From NCBI GenBank assembly GCA_033763455.1, contig JANRKO010000026.1:1-42077 (forward strand): 42,077 nucleotides of DNA, read 5' to 3'. The position numbers and the translations under genes are program-made. The notes below the pieces were generated by a model, which searched no databases, had not been told where the DNA came from, and saw only the letters and a program-made list of their open reading frames with translations. Positions 27,932 to 36,673 of the stretch are shown here, one piece after another. This DNA is from Polyangiaceae bacterium. Its GTDB lineage: Bacteria > Myxococcota_A > Polyangia > Polyangiales > Polyangiaceae. Numbering within the stretch: the first letter of the stretch is position 1; each line of letters opens with the position of its first letter.

Positions 27932-29148
27932 GGGGGCTCCACAAAATCTGCGCTTCGCCCGAGCGTGTGTTCAATGGCTAGCGGGATCTCGCGCGGCGGA
28001 AGGCCCCGCCAGAACACGTGCCATTTTTCCGTGCGTACCATGCCAGAGCATACGCGTGTGTACCATGCAGCAATCGGATTGGCCGCACGGGCGCGCCAGA
28101 CTAACCTCGGAAAATCTCGCACGACACATTGCCAGACGTCTTGACCAATACCTTCGCCGCGGGCACGGGGCTCCACGGCAAATTTGCTCAAATACGGTCC
28201 CACCGGGCTGTCGGAAACAACGGCAGCACCCCGATAATCCGATTCCACATACACAGCGAGCACGGGCTCGCGCAGGAAGGTTGGTAAGAGCTGCTTACCA
28301 AAACTGAGCTCCACGAGGGCCTTGAGGCGTTCAATATCGAGGGGCGCATAAGATTCGTAGCGGTGCACCAGCGTGCCTTGCTTCACCAGGGTTCCGGCGC
28401 CCTTGGAGGTGAAGAGTTCCTTCAATAGGTTCAGCGGCGAAGCGATGTTTACCATCAGCCGGGGGCGATTGGCTTGCGTTAATAGCGAACCGATAGCGCC
28501 CACGAGCTTCATATCGTCGGCTCCCAAATAAGCCCCACGGGAGAGCAGCTCCCCTTCGGTGCGCAGGTTGAGAACTGAAATGGTTCCGTGGTTGAGGTCC
28601 AACACGTGCGGTTCTGGGACGTTGTTGGCGGAAGCCTTCGCCCGGAGGCCTCCGGCTCTTCGCAGGTAGACCAGCTTTTGCGTATCCAATTGTCGTGCGA
28701 GCGCTGCAATCTGCCCGATGCGTGCCTCTTGGCCTAGGTGCTGGGCGCGATCGAACCAGATGATAGGGAGGCGTTCGGCCCCCAGATCTGCGCGCATTCG
28801 TTCCACCATGTCTGGCTCGCCGGCGTGGTACAGCACTTGCGTGAGCCCAGCGCCTGGCAGGCGCTTCAGCAAACGATCGCGCAGAGATTCGCTTGATCCT
28901 GGGCCAAAGAGCCCCAAAACGACCGGCGCGTACAGCCCCAGATCCGCCAGAAATCGCAGGTGCTCCACGAAGGAGCCAAGCGCGTAGCGGACCACTGCAT
29001 TATCTACTGCCACCAGGCCAAAGCTTTCCTTAGGAACCTCCCGAAAGAGCTTCAGATAGAATTCGGCCTCAGAGCGTTGCCCGATGCTCTCCAGGAAAGT
29101 GAGCACCGTATCGCTGGCGGTCGAAGAAGGCGGGGAGGAGAGCACCAT
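27916..29148 (-). CDS. N-acetylglutamate synthase-like protein (degenerate amino-acid-kinase domain plus DUF619 acetyltransferase domain)
   Basis: LLKELFT.KGAGTLV linker, YLSKFAV...ARGEGIG, LVWRAR..NPI..WY and WHVFW motifs; ATG 29148 likely. Confidence 0.8.
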   Translation of the reverse strand: MVLSSPPSSTASDTVLTFLESIGQRSEAEFYLKLFREVPKESFGLVAVDNAVVRYALGSFVEHLRFLADLGLYAPVVLGLFGPGSSESLRDRLLKRLPGAGLTQVLYHAGEPDMVERMRADLGAERLPIIWFDRAQHLGQEARIGQIAALARQLDTQKLVYLRRAGGLRAKASANNVPEPHVLDLNHGTISVLNLRTEGELLSRGAYLGADDMKLVGAIGSLLTQANRPRLMVNIASPLNLLKELFTSKGAGTLVKQGTLVHRYESYAPLDIERLKALVELSFGKQLLPTFLREPVLAVYVESDYRGAAVVSDSPVGPYLSKFAVEPRARGEGIGQDVWQCVVRDFPRLVWRARAANPIAAWYTRVCSGMVRTEKWHVFWRGLPPREIPLAIEHTLGRSADFVEPPQRTH

Positions 29149-29305
29149 GAACGGGCCTGGCTTAGTCGGGCGGAGCCCCGGCCTTTTGCCAAATTTTCGG
29201 CGTCGCGTCACCGGCGTTGGCCAAATTCTGGGCAGCCTCACAAGGTGTGAGCTATCTCTAAGTAACAGGCCGTCCCACTTGGTACGGCATAAAGCGAGAA
29301 CCCCC

Positions 29306-30076
29306 ATGAGCAAAGCACTTGGAAAACTAGGGATAATTAGCCTTTTGGGTTTGGCTTTGACCTCCGCGGCCCAAGGCGCGCGTGCAGGAAGTTCGTCCGA
29401 ACAGAACAGCTACCCGTACGATCCCACCTGCCAGTGGGGTCGCATTTCTGACGGCAAAGGCATGCTTCTGCGCTGCTTGAGCGTCAACGAAGCCAAGGCG
29501 CTCGCTGGTGGAAAACTAGCAAAGAGCGATGCTTTGCCGGCCGCTACCCCGAATGAAGGAGCGACTAAAGGCGCGGATAAGCCGAGCGCGACGGGAAACG
29601 AGAAGACCCCTCAGAAGGCCACCGACAAGCTTGCCGAGAAGGCAACCGAAGACGCGTCCACGCCCGTCGCGCCAACAGTCAGTGCCGCCGACCTTGAGGC
29701 ACCCGCTGAAGAAGTGCCTGCGGCCCCTGAACTAGGCGTCGAAGTGGATCCAGTGAAAGCCGATAAGGGAGAATTTCCAAGGGCCAAACTGAACGTTGCG
29801 AGCGCCAAAGCTCGATACCTTGGTTGCATCGATAAGAACGGTGGCATCAGCCAGTCAACGGCGGAGGTTGTGGTGCGCTTTCTGGTGCGTGACCGCGAGC
29901 GCGCCGAGGGCGTGAGTGTGAAGAGTTTCAAAGGCATGTCGAAGCAAGCCGCCAAGTGCGTGGCTGATGTCGTCGACAGGAGACACGTCGGCGACCCGGA
30001 TGGCGCTTTCGTGGGTGCCAGTGTCCGCATTGCGTTTGCCATGAGTCCCAAGCAGACGGCTGCCGAAAAGCCGTAA
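29306..30076 (+). CDS. Exported protein with low-complexity linker and possible AgmX/PglI (TonB-C-like) C-terminal domain
   Basis: Signal peptide, two Cys pairs, and a C...V.VRF.V...G.S......CV pattern at the C-terminus. Confidence 0.55.
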   Translation: MSKALGKLGIISLLGLALTSAAQGARAGSSSEQNSYPYDPTCQWGRISDGKGMLLRCLSVNEAKALAGGKLAKSDALPAATPNEGATKGADKPSATGNEKTPQKATDKLAEKATEDASTPVAPTVSAADLEAPAEEVPAAPELGVEVDPVKADKGEFPRAKLNVASAKARYLGCIDKNGGISQSTAEVVVRFLVRDRERAEGVSVKSFKGMSKQAAKCVADVVDRRHVGDPDGAFVGASVRIAFAMSPKQTAAEKP

Positions 30077-30175
30077 TATCGAGGAGTTCGTCGCGGGACG
30101 CCAGCTGCAGCCGAGCGGCGCCCGCTCAAGATCGTCAGGGGTAGCGTCCCCGGTGCATCAAGGATAAGGGGAAGC

Positions 30176-32044
30176 GTGGCCTCGATCGCTAGCTCCGACA
30201 CTTCGAAACAGACCTATTCCGAGAGAACAGCGCACTATCGAGCTCTCGTGCTCGAGCATGAAAGTCGCTCTCGGCTGATTTCGAACTTTCGCGGCCTAGC
30301 TTTTGGCCTTGCCGTCATCGCTCTCGGCTTTGCTCTGTTCAGAGCGGAAGCGTCGTTCCTTTTCGGTGTATCGATTATTCTCGGCATCGCGTTCCTCCTG
30401 CTCGTGGTGCTTCACGCGCGCGTGATCGCTCGCGAAGAGGATGCACGACGTTTTCTGTGGGTAAACGAGGCCGCTGAGAAGCGGGTAACGGACGCATTTA
30501 GGAGTTTGCCTGACGATGGCTCCGCCTATGCGGTTGAGAACCATCCGTACGCCGACGACATCGACATTCTGGGGCCGGGTTCGCTCTTTCAGAGGTTGTG
30601 TGTCGCCCACACTCGTTTTGGGCAGGCAACTCTCGCACAGTGGCTACTCAAGCCTGCAACTAGCAACGTGATCGCCGAACGCCAGGAGGTGGTGAAGGCG
30701 CTTGCTCCCAAGTTGGCGTTGAGGCAACAACTTGAAGCCGAAAGTTTGCTCGTCGCGGGTATGCGCTCGGGCAAGCCTACGTATAAGCCCCCCGTAGATC
30801 CGGAGCCGCTCCTCGCATGGGCGGAAGGGGCCACTCAGCTGCTCAATAAGTCGCAACTGTCCTGGGTGGCTATCTTTCTTCCCTTGCTGACGCTGACGCT
30901 GTTTGCGCTTTCTAGAACTTTGGGTTGGGCGCCCGTGGCTTGGCTGGTGCCAGCAGCCCTGCAAGTTGGGCTTGCCTTTGCGTTGGGGCCTGCCGCCAAT
31001 CGCGTATTCGGCTCGGTATCGTCCACCGAGGGCGCGTTTGTTCGGTACGGTGGGATGTTAGCCCTGCTTGATTCGATGGGCGTAGGGGGTAAATTTGCCG
31101 AAAAATGGCGAGCGCAGACTACCTCCGAGGGGATAAGCGCCTCGCTGGCCATGAAGGAATTTCGGAGCCGGCTTGGGTGGTTTGATCTTAAGCACAATGG
31201 GCTCATTTACCCGTTTGTGAATCTGATTTTTCTCTGGGACATCAACTGTACGCTGGCGCTTGAGCGCTGGCAGCGGCGTTTTGGCAGCCATGTTCGCGGC
31301 TGGTTTGAGGCTATCGGTGAATTCGAGGCGCTCTCTTCTTTGGCCGGGTTTCTCTACGACGAGCACGGCTTTGTATTTCCAGAGGTGGAGCCGGGTTTTT
31401 CTGGGTTCCTGGCTGAGGGGCTCGGGCACCCGCTGATTTCTCCGGACAAACGCGTGGTCAACGATGTGGCTCTTCCCTCAGGCGGAACAGCACTTCTGGT
31501 TACTGGCTCGAACATGTCTGGCAAAAGCACGCTCTTGCGCTCCATGGGCTTGAGCACCGTGCTTGCCTTGGCGGGCGGCCCCGTGTGCGCACAACGCCTA
31601 AGAATGGGGACGTTCAGCCTGCACACCAGCATGCGCGTTAGGGATTCGCTTCAATCGGGGGTGAGCCACTTTTATGCGGAGCTGCGCAAGCTGAAATCCG
31701 TCGTAGAGGCGGCCCAAGCCAAGGAGAATAACGTTTTCTTTTTGTTGGACGAGATTCTGCATGGCACCAATTCCAAGGAGCGTCAGCTGGGTGCGCGGTG
31801 GGTGATGAGTGAGCTGATTCAGCTTGGGGCCACCGGTGCTGTCTCCACGCACGACCTTGAGCTTTGCCAGTTACCTCCAGATCAGATGGGCCGTGTGGAG
31901 CTCGTGCATCTGCGCGAAAACGTAGAAAATGGGCAAATGGTGTTTGATTTTAAGGTGCGCAAAGGGCCCGTCACCGAAGGCAATGCGTTGCGGTTGATGC
32001 GCCTCCTGGGGTTGGCTGTGCCGCTGGTTGACGAGCCGCGCTAG
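30176..32044 (+). CDS. Membrane-anchored MutS-related ATPase (domain V only)
   Basis: Walker A TGSNMSGKST, DSL..GVSHFYAEL, Walker B LLDEILHGTN and STHD; N-terminal and central TM pairs; no mismatch-binding domain seen. Confidence 0.9.
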   Translation: MASIASSDTSKQTYSERTAHYRALVLEHESRSRLISNFRGLAFGLAVIALGFALFRAEASFLFGVSIILGIAFLLLVVLHARVIAREEDARRFLWVNEAAEKRVTDAFRSLPDDGSAYAVENHPYADDIDILGPGSLFQRLCVAHTRFGQATLAQWLLKPATSNVIAERQEVVKALAPKLALRQQLEAESLLVAGMRSGKPTYKPPVDPEPLLAWAEGATQLLNKSQLSWVAIFLPLLTLTLFALSRTLGWAPVAWLVPAALQVGLAFALGPAANRVFGSVSSTEGAFVRYGGMLALLDSMGVGGKFAEKWRAQTTSEGISASLAMKEFRSRLGWFDLKHNGLIYPFVNLIFLWDINCTLALERWQRRFGSHVRGWFEAIGEFEALSSLAGFLYDEHGFVFPEVEPGFSGFLAEGLGHPLISPDKRVVNDVALPSGGTALLVTGSNMSGKSTLLRSMGLSTVLALAGGPVCAQRLRMGTFSLHTSMRVRDSLQSGVSHFYAELRKLKSVVEAAQAKENNVFFLLDEILHGTNSKERQLGARWVMSELIQLGATGAVSTHDLELCQLPPDQMGRVELVHLRENVENGQMVFDFKVRKGPVTEGNALRLMRLLGLAVPLVDEPR

Positions 32045-32089
32045 GCTCTGTAACCTCTAGGGCTAGATCCCCTGCTCCAAGTTGCGATA

Positions 32090-32605
32090 ATGAGCCTTGA
32101 ACGTCCCAAGTTAACACCTGCTCCACTCGGGCCTGTCCTCGTCAAGCGCTCGGGTCAGGTCAGTTGGGTGTCCGTGGCTGTGTTAGGGGTGGCAGCTGCA
32201 ACGCAGCTCACGCAGTGTGGCGGTGAAGATGAAAGCTCCACTCCCGCCCCGAATACCGGAGGGAGCATGCTGCAACCCCCGATGGCGGCACCAAGCGGTG
32301 GTGCTCGTAACGGCAGTGGCGGTGTGCAAGGCACCGGTGGCGTACCAATCATCGCTCCCATGGTACCTCCCATGCCGGCTCCCATGATCGCTCCCCCGAT
32401 GGATGCCCCGGTCGGTGGAAGTCCGGCCGCATTCGGTGGCAGCGCGGCCCAGGCGGGTGCGGCGGGGGTACTCGCGGGTGGTCAGGCTGCAGCAGCAGGT
32501 GGCAGTGGTGGAGCGCCCGAAGGGGAAGCGGGAGGGGCAATTGCCCCTATGCCGCCCCCTATGCCGCCCCCTATGCCGGCTCCCTTAGTTCCATCCACTC
32601 GCTGA
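32090..32605 (+). CDS. Pro/Gly/Ala-rich exported (lipo)protein with repeated xPM motifs
   Basis: Hydrophobic segment ending in QCGG; eight APM/PPM tripeptides; fills the gap between two + strand genes. Confidence 0.65.
   Translation: MSLERPKLTPAPLGPVLVKRSGQVSWVSVAVLGVAAATQLTQCGGEDESSTPAPNTGGSMLQPPMAAPSGGARNGSGGVQGTGGVPIIAPMVPPMPAPMIAPPMDAPVGGSPAAFGGSAAQAGAAGVLAGGQAAAAGGSGGAPEGEAGGAIAPMPPPMPPPMPAPLVPSTR
32544..32579 (+). repeat. 12-bp tandem repeat x3 (cccctatgccgc/g), in-frame, encoding PMPP
   Basis: cccctatgccgc cccctatgccgc cccctatgccgg, read directly. Confidence 0.9.
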
Positions 32606-32626
32606 TTACTTGAAGCGGAGGGTGCT

Positions 32627-33631
32627 TTGGAGAACGAGGTTCTCTCCGAACTCTGGCTTGAGTGGATCACGGATAACCTGCTCAACGGGGCGGACGAGGC
32701 ATCGCTCGTGGGCGAGCTTGAGCGCCAAGGCGTCGCTAAGGAATTGGCTCGTGAGATGCTCGTCGCCATCCAAGCCTCGCCGGTTTATCGCGCCGCTCGG
32801 AAACACTCAGTTAAAGGGCGTCGGTTGGAGTTGTTGCGCCGGCTGCTGGTTGCGCAGCGATGGTTTGAGCAATGCCCCCCGGAGGCAGAGCGAATAAAGC
32901 TTGGACCTGAACCTTTAGGGTTGGGCAATTGGCTGAGCACCCATACTCCCGTTATCTTTACGGACCTCGTAGCTCGTTGGCCGGGCAAGGACAATTTCAC
33001 TCCCGAGCGGCTCAAAGAACGGTTTGGCGATGTGATTCTGGACGTCGCTTGGGGCAGGCAAACGGAAGTTAACTATGACCGGAAGACGGCCCAGCTTTCG
33101 AGGAAGATGCCACTTGGGAAGTTCGTGGAAGCGCTGCAAAGTGTCGAATCAACTAACGACTTTTATGCGGTGGCTCAGAACAAGAACCTCAGCCTGCCAG
33201 AGCTTCACGCGCTATTCCAAGACATGTGGTTTCCAGAAAGTTGGCTCGATCGCGCTGACCTTGGACGCGGGTCAGCGCTCTGGCTGGGGCCGAAGGGCAC
33301 AATAACTTCGCTCCACCACGACACTTCCAACATCCTTTTCTCTCAGCTTTACGGCAGGAAACAGTTTCTACTCGTGAACCCGCTCGAGCTTGAGCTCGCC
33401 GAAGGAGCCACCGCTATGTACGCGGCACTCGATCCGGAAAGCCCGGAAGGCGAAGGCTGGTTGCAAGGAAAGCTGGTAAAGCGAGTCGTGTTGGAACCCG
33501 GGGAAACGCTACTGATTCCGGCTGGTTGGTGGCATCACGTACGAGCCCTAGAGGTGAGCGTGAGTGTGGCGGTCAACAGCCTCCGCCTGCCGAATAACTT
33601 CGACTGGTATCGTCCGGGAGAAGTAACGTGA
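32627..33631 (+). CDS. JmjC/cupin-like (Cupin_8) Fe(II)/2-oxoglutarate oxygenase
   Basis: LWLGPKGT.TSLHHD (HxD), Q..GRK and LEPGETLLIPAGWWHHV (distal His); RBS ggagg before TTG. Confidence 0.9.
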   Translation: MENEVLSELWLEWITDNLLNGADEASLVGELERQGVAKELAREMLVAIQASPVYRAARKHSVKGRRLELLRRLLVAQRWFEQCPPEAERIKLGPEPLGLGNWLSTHTPVIFTDLVARWPGKDNFTPERLKERFGDVILDVAWGRQTEVNYDRKTAQLSRKMPLGKFVEALQSVESTNDFYAVAQNKNLSLPELHALFQDMWFPESWLDRADLGRGSALWLGPKGTITSLHHDTSNILFSQLYGRKQFLLVNPLELELAEGATAMYAALDPESPEGEGWLQGKLVKRVVLEPGETLLIPAGWWHHVRALEVSVSVAVNSLRLPNNFDWYRPGEVT

Positions 33632-33633
33632 GG

Positions 33634-34170
33634 CTAAAATTCAGGCGTCTTGACAATCACCTTCACCCTGTCCGCCACGCGAATGGCTCCCATGAGTGCA
33701 CGGAAGGGCTCGATGCCAAAGAGGCTTGGTTTGATCTCGAATTCAACTGAGAGCGTGCCAGCTTGCCGTCGACCCTGAGCCTGCAGGTTGCGGCGCACGC
33801 CACGGATTTCGAGTTCACCCTGGACATCGAATGTAGGGGCTTGTGGCGTGGATTCTTGGAGCGTTCCATCAAATCGAATCAGCGGGTGCGAAGCCGCGCT
33901 GAGTACGCGCTCCCGAATGTTGCCCTCGATTTCCCGTCGATTGCTTTCGGTTAGCTGATTGGGTTGGAACACGCCGTTCTCCATGGCGCCGTCCACACGG
34001 ATACTGGTAACGGCGATCTCTGCGTGCACACGTTTTTCCGCGACAAGGTTGGCACTGCATTTCTCAACGCTCAGGCAGAGATCGTGAGCTGCGCGAGCCA
34101 AGAGTCCCTCCTTAAACGTAAAGAGCGAGATCTGGAGCGGGAGGGAGCGGGGTGCAAGAGCTTCGGACAT
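33634..34170 (-). CDS. YceI-like lipid/polyisoprenoid-binding protein
   Basis: AHDL, L.A..HP.IRF, V.G.L.IRGV.R and S.FGI.P motifs; no signal peptide. Confidence 0.8.
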   Translation of the reverse strand: MSEALAPRSLPLQISLFTFKEGLLARAAHDLCLSVEKCSANLVAEKRVHAEIAVTSIRVDGAMENGVFQPNQLTESNRREIEGNIRERVLSAASHPLIRFDGTLQESTPQAPTFDVQGELEIRGVRRNLQAQGRRQAGTLSVEFEIKPSLFGIEPFRALMGAIRVADRVKVIVKTPEF

Positions 34171-34210
34171 GGGGCACTCTAGGGTGCGTTCGGGACCCGT
34201 GGGGAGATCT

Positions 34211-34286
34211 TGGGTTGACCCAACCGGCCTGGGTTTGACCCAACCGGCCTCAAATGGCTTACTAGGGGCTCGGCCAATGGGTCAAA
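34211..34286. promoter_or_regulatory. Tandem ~20-bp repeat with palindromic core plus an inverted partial copy; candidate operator in a divergent promoter region
   Basis: tgggttgacccaaccggcc (34211-34229), tgggtttgacccaaccggcc (34230-34249), and inverted tgggtcaaa (34278-34286). Confidence 0.5.
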
Positions 34287-34446
34287 TGTCGACAAACCTC
34301 GCCTTCGCTCCCACATGTACGCACCTATCCGTCACTGGGAGGGATTTCGGTCGTCCTTCGTTCTGCAAGCTGTGCGACAAATACGGCCCCCGGCGCCCGT
34401 GGGGTCCCTGGCGCCGAATGGTTTTTGCAAACGTGGTGGCATCAAC

Positions 34447-35340
34447 GTGAGTGACTTCGACGACAAAACGAGAGTCACTCAGGTTCTCGAAAATCCGGTA
34501 AGCGAACAGGTTCCGACCACGGACTGCTTGGTTGTTATTTACAGCCAAGAACCAGGAATGCTCGGCAAACGCTTTGTGCTCGACAAGGAACCCGTGGGCG
34601 TTGGGCGCGGCGCCGACTGCGATATTGTGCTCGAAGGCGACTCGGTATCCCGGCGGCATGCTTATTTTACGAGGCGCGGGGCGAATTGGTTTGTGGCGGA
34701 TGCCAATTCAACCAATGGGACTTACCTGAACGAGGAACAGCTCGAAGGAGAGCGCATGCTCACGAACGCCGATAGGGTGAAGATCGGCCCTTCAATCCTC
34801 AAGTTCTTGTCGGGGGCTGACGCCGAAGCCAAGTATCACGAAGAAATTTATCGCATGACGATTGTGGATGGTCTCACCCAGGTCCACAATAAACGCTATT
34901 TCTTCGAAGCCCTCGAGCGCGAAATCGTTCGAGCCCGCAGACACGAACGTTCACTTAGCGTGTTGATATTTGATATCGATTTGTTCAAAAACGTGAACGA
35001 TCAATTCGGGCATCTCGCCGGCGATTACGCGCTTCGCGAGCTGGCCCGCTTGGTTCAAGACAGGATCCGCAGAGACGAAGTATTCGCCCGCTACGGTGGC
35101 GAAGAATTTGTGATTCTCCTCCCCGAAACACCCCTGGAGGGGGCCACTGCGCTTGCCGAAAGTCTTCGGAGCCGCGTAGAAGCGCATCCCTTCGTGTTTC
35201 AAAACGAAAGTATGCCGCTGACAATCAGCATTGGCTGTGCCGAACTCACCGAGCAAAAAACAGCCGAAGAGCTGATCGGGTTGGCCGATCAGAAGCTCTA
35301 CGAAGCAAAGCGCAGCGGTCGCAATCGCGTGTGCTACTGA
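34447..35340 (+). CDS. FHA-GGDEF diguanylate cyclase
   Basis: FHA motifs GR, SRRH and STNGT; DGLT..N, DID.FK.VND.FGH.AGD and RYGGEEF; GTG at 34447 (MSDFDDKTRV). Confidence 0.93.
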   Translation: MSDFDDKTRVTQVLENPVSEQVPTTDCLVVIYSQEPGMLGKRFVLDKEPVGVGRGADCDIVLEGDSVSRRHAYFTRRGANWFVADANSTNGTYLNEEQLEGERMLTNADRVKIGPSILKFLSGADAEAKYHEEIYRMTIVDGLTQVHNKRYFFEALEREIVRARRHERSLSVLIFDIDLFKNVNDQFGHLAGDYALRELARLVQDRIRRDEVFARYGGEEFVILLPETPLEGATALAESLRSRVEAHPFVFQNESMPLTISIGCAELTEQKTAEELIGLADQKLYEAKRSGRNRVCY

Positions 35341-35347
35341 GGGACAC

Positions 35348-36673
35348 ATGCACAGCGATGGCCCTCCGCCCTTCGGGGATCTTGTGGGGAACCAAGGTCC
35401 CCAGATCCGAGTCCGCCCGCCCGGGCAAAGCTCTCGCACCTGGGCGCTCCGGCTACGGCATCGAGCAGCACCCATGGGGCCACCCCGGTCGAGTGATCCC
35501 GCACGGCTGCCAATCGTGTTGTCGCTTGCCAAGGGCGATAATGTTCTTGACGTGGACGGTAACCGTTACGTCGACTTCGCGTGTGGCTTTGGTTCCCTTC
35601 TGCTAGGGCACGGGCACCCTAGCATCCTTCGCACGTTGGAGCTCCAAGCCCCGCGCATGTTGCAGGCCCTGGGGGATATGCTCTCGGCCGACGCAAAAGT
35701 GGGCCTGCTCGAACGGTTGGCGGCACTTTACCCCGGTGATGCTCAAGTAATCCTGGGGCAATCGGGTGCAGATGCGATCAGCGCCGCACTCAAGACAGCC
35801 AAGCTCTTCACTGGAAAATCTGGAGTGATCGCCTTCGAGGGTGCTTACCACGGGCTCAGCTACGGCCCGCTTGCTATTTGTGGCCTTCGAGAAAGCTACC
35901 GAGAACCATTTCTTGGCGAACTCAACCCGCACGTGGAGTTCTTGCCCTATCCGGAAACGGAGCCTCAGGCCGCTCTGGTGTACGATCGGCTGCGTAAGCG
36001 CCTGTTAGCGAACGATATTGGTGCGGTTGTGGTGGAACCACTCCTCGGTCGTGGTGGTTGTGTGGTGCCCCCTGTTGGGTTTGTGGGTGAGCTCTTGAAG
36101 CTGTCCCATGAGGCGGGTGCGCTTTTGGTGAGTGATGAGGTGTGGACGGGGCTTGGAAGAGCTGGAAAAATGCTGTTTTCGATCGGGCCGGGGGTCGTGC
36201 CAGACCTCATTTGTTTGGGCAAAGGGCTTGGTGGCGGCTTGCCGATTTCGGCTTGCCTGGGGCCCCGCGAGATCATGAACACATGGGCTCGTTCTGCCGA
36301 GGTAGTACACACCGCGACGTTTGCTGGAGCTCCGCTTGCGTGCGCTACGGCGATTACCCTGTTAAGTGAGATTGAGCGTGGGCAGCTTGTGGAGCGTTCG
36401 CAGCAGCTTGGCGAGCAATTTCGAAGTCGCTTGCAAGAGCGCCTTGGGGAGCGTGCGCGAATTACTGGAGCTGGCCTGATGATTGGCATTGATCTCGGGC
36501 AGGAACCTGGCGTGGGGTGGCGAATATCTCAGGCTTTGCTGGAGCGAGGCTATCTGGTAACAAGCGGCGGCACCCACCGTGATTCGTTGGTGCTGACGCC
36601 GGCCCTAAACGTACACGCTGATTTGTTCGAGGGGTTCGTTACAACACTCAGCAGTATTCTGAGGGGCGCTTGA
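35348..36673 (+). CDS. Class III PLP-dependent aminotransferase
   Basis: DVDGNRYVDF, F.GAYHG, VEP..G.GG, DEVWTGLGR and PDLICLGKGLGGG (PLP lysine). Confidence 0.93.
   Translation: MHSDGPPPFGDLVGNQGPQIRVRPPGQSSRTWALRLRHRAAPMGPPRSSDPARLPIVLSLAKGDNVLDVDGNRYVDFACGFGSLLLGHGHPSILRTLELQAPRMLQALGDMLSADAKVGLLERLAALYPGDAQVILGQSGADAISAALKTAKLFTGKSGVIAFEGAYHGLSYGPLAICGLRESYREPFLGELNPHVEFLPYPETEPQAALVYDRLRKRLLANDIGAVVVEPLLGRGGCVVPPVGFVGELLKLSHEAGALLVSDEVWTGLGRAGKMLFSIGPGVVPDLICLGKGLGGGLPISACLGPREIMNTWARSAEVVHTATFAGAPLACATAITLLSEIERGQLVERSQQLGEQFRSRLQERLGERARITGAGLMIGIDLGQEPGVGWRISQALLERGYLVTSGGTHRDSLVLTPALNVHADLFEGFVTTLSSILRGA

Noticed and set aside
29084..29313. Head-to-head overlap of the NAGS-like and exported-protein ORFs
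   Set aside because: The overlap disappears with the likelier ATG starts at 29148 (-) and 29306 (+). The same applies to 21771-21799 and 25992-26072.
30176..32044. Canonical mismatch-repair mutS
   Set aside because: Too short, has TM helices, and shows no mismatch-binding N-terminal domain.
34211..34249. Mini CRISPR array
   Set aside because: Only two abutting ~20-bp units, no spacer and no cas genes.
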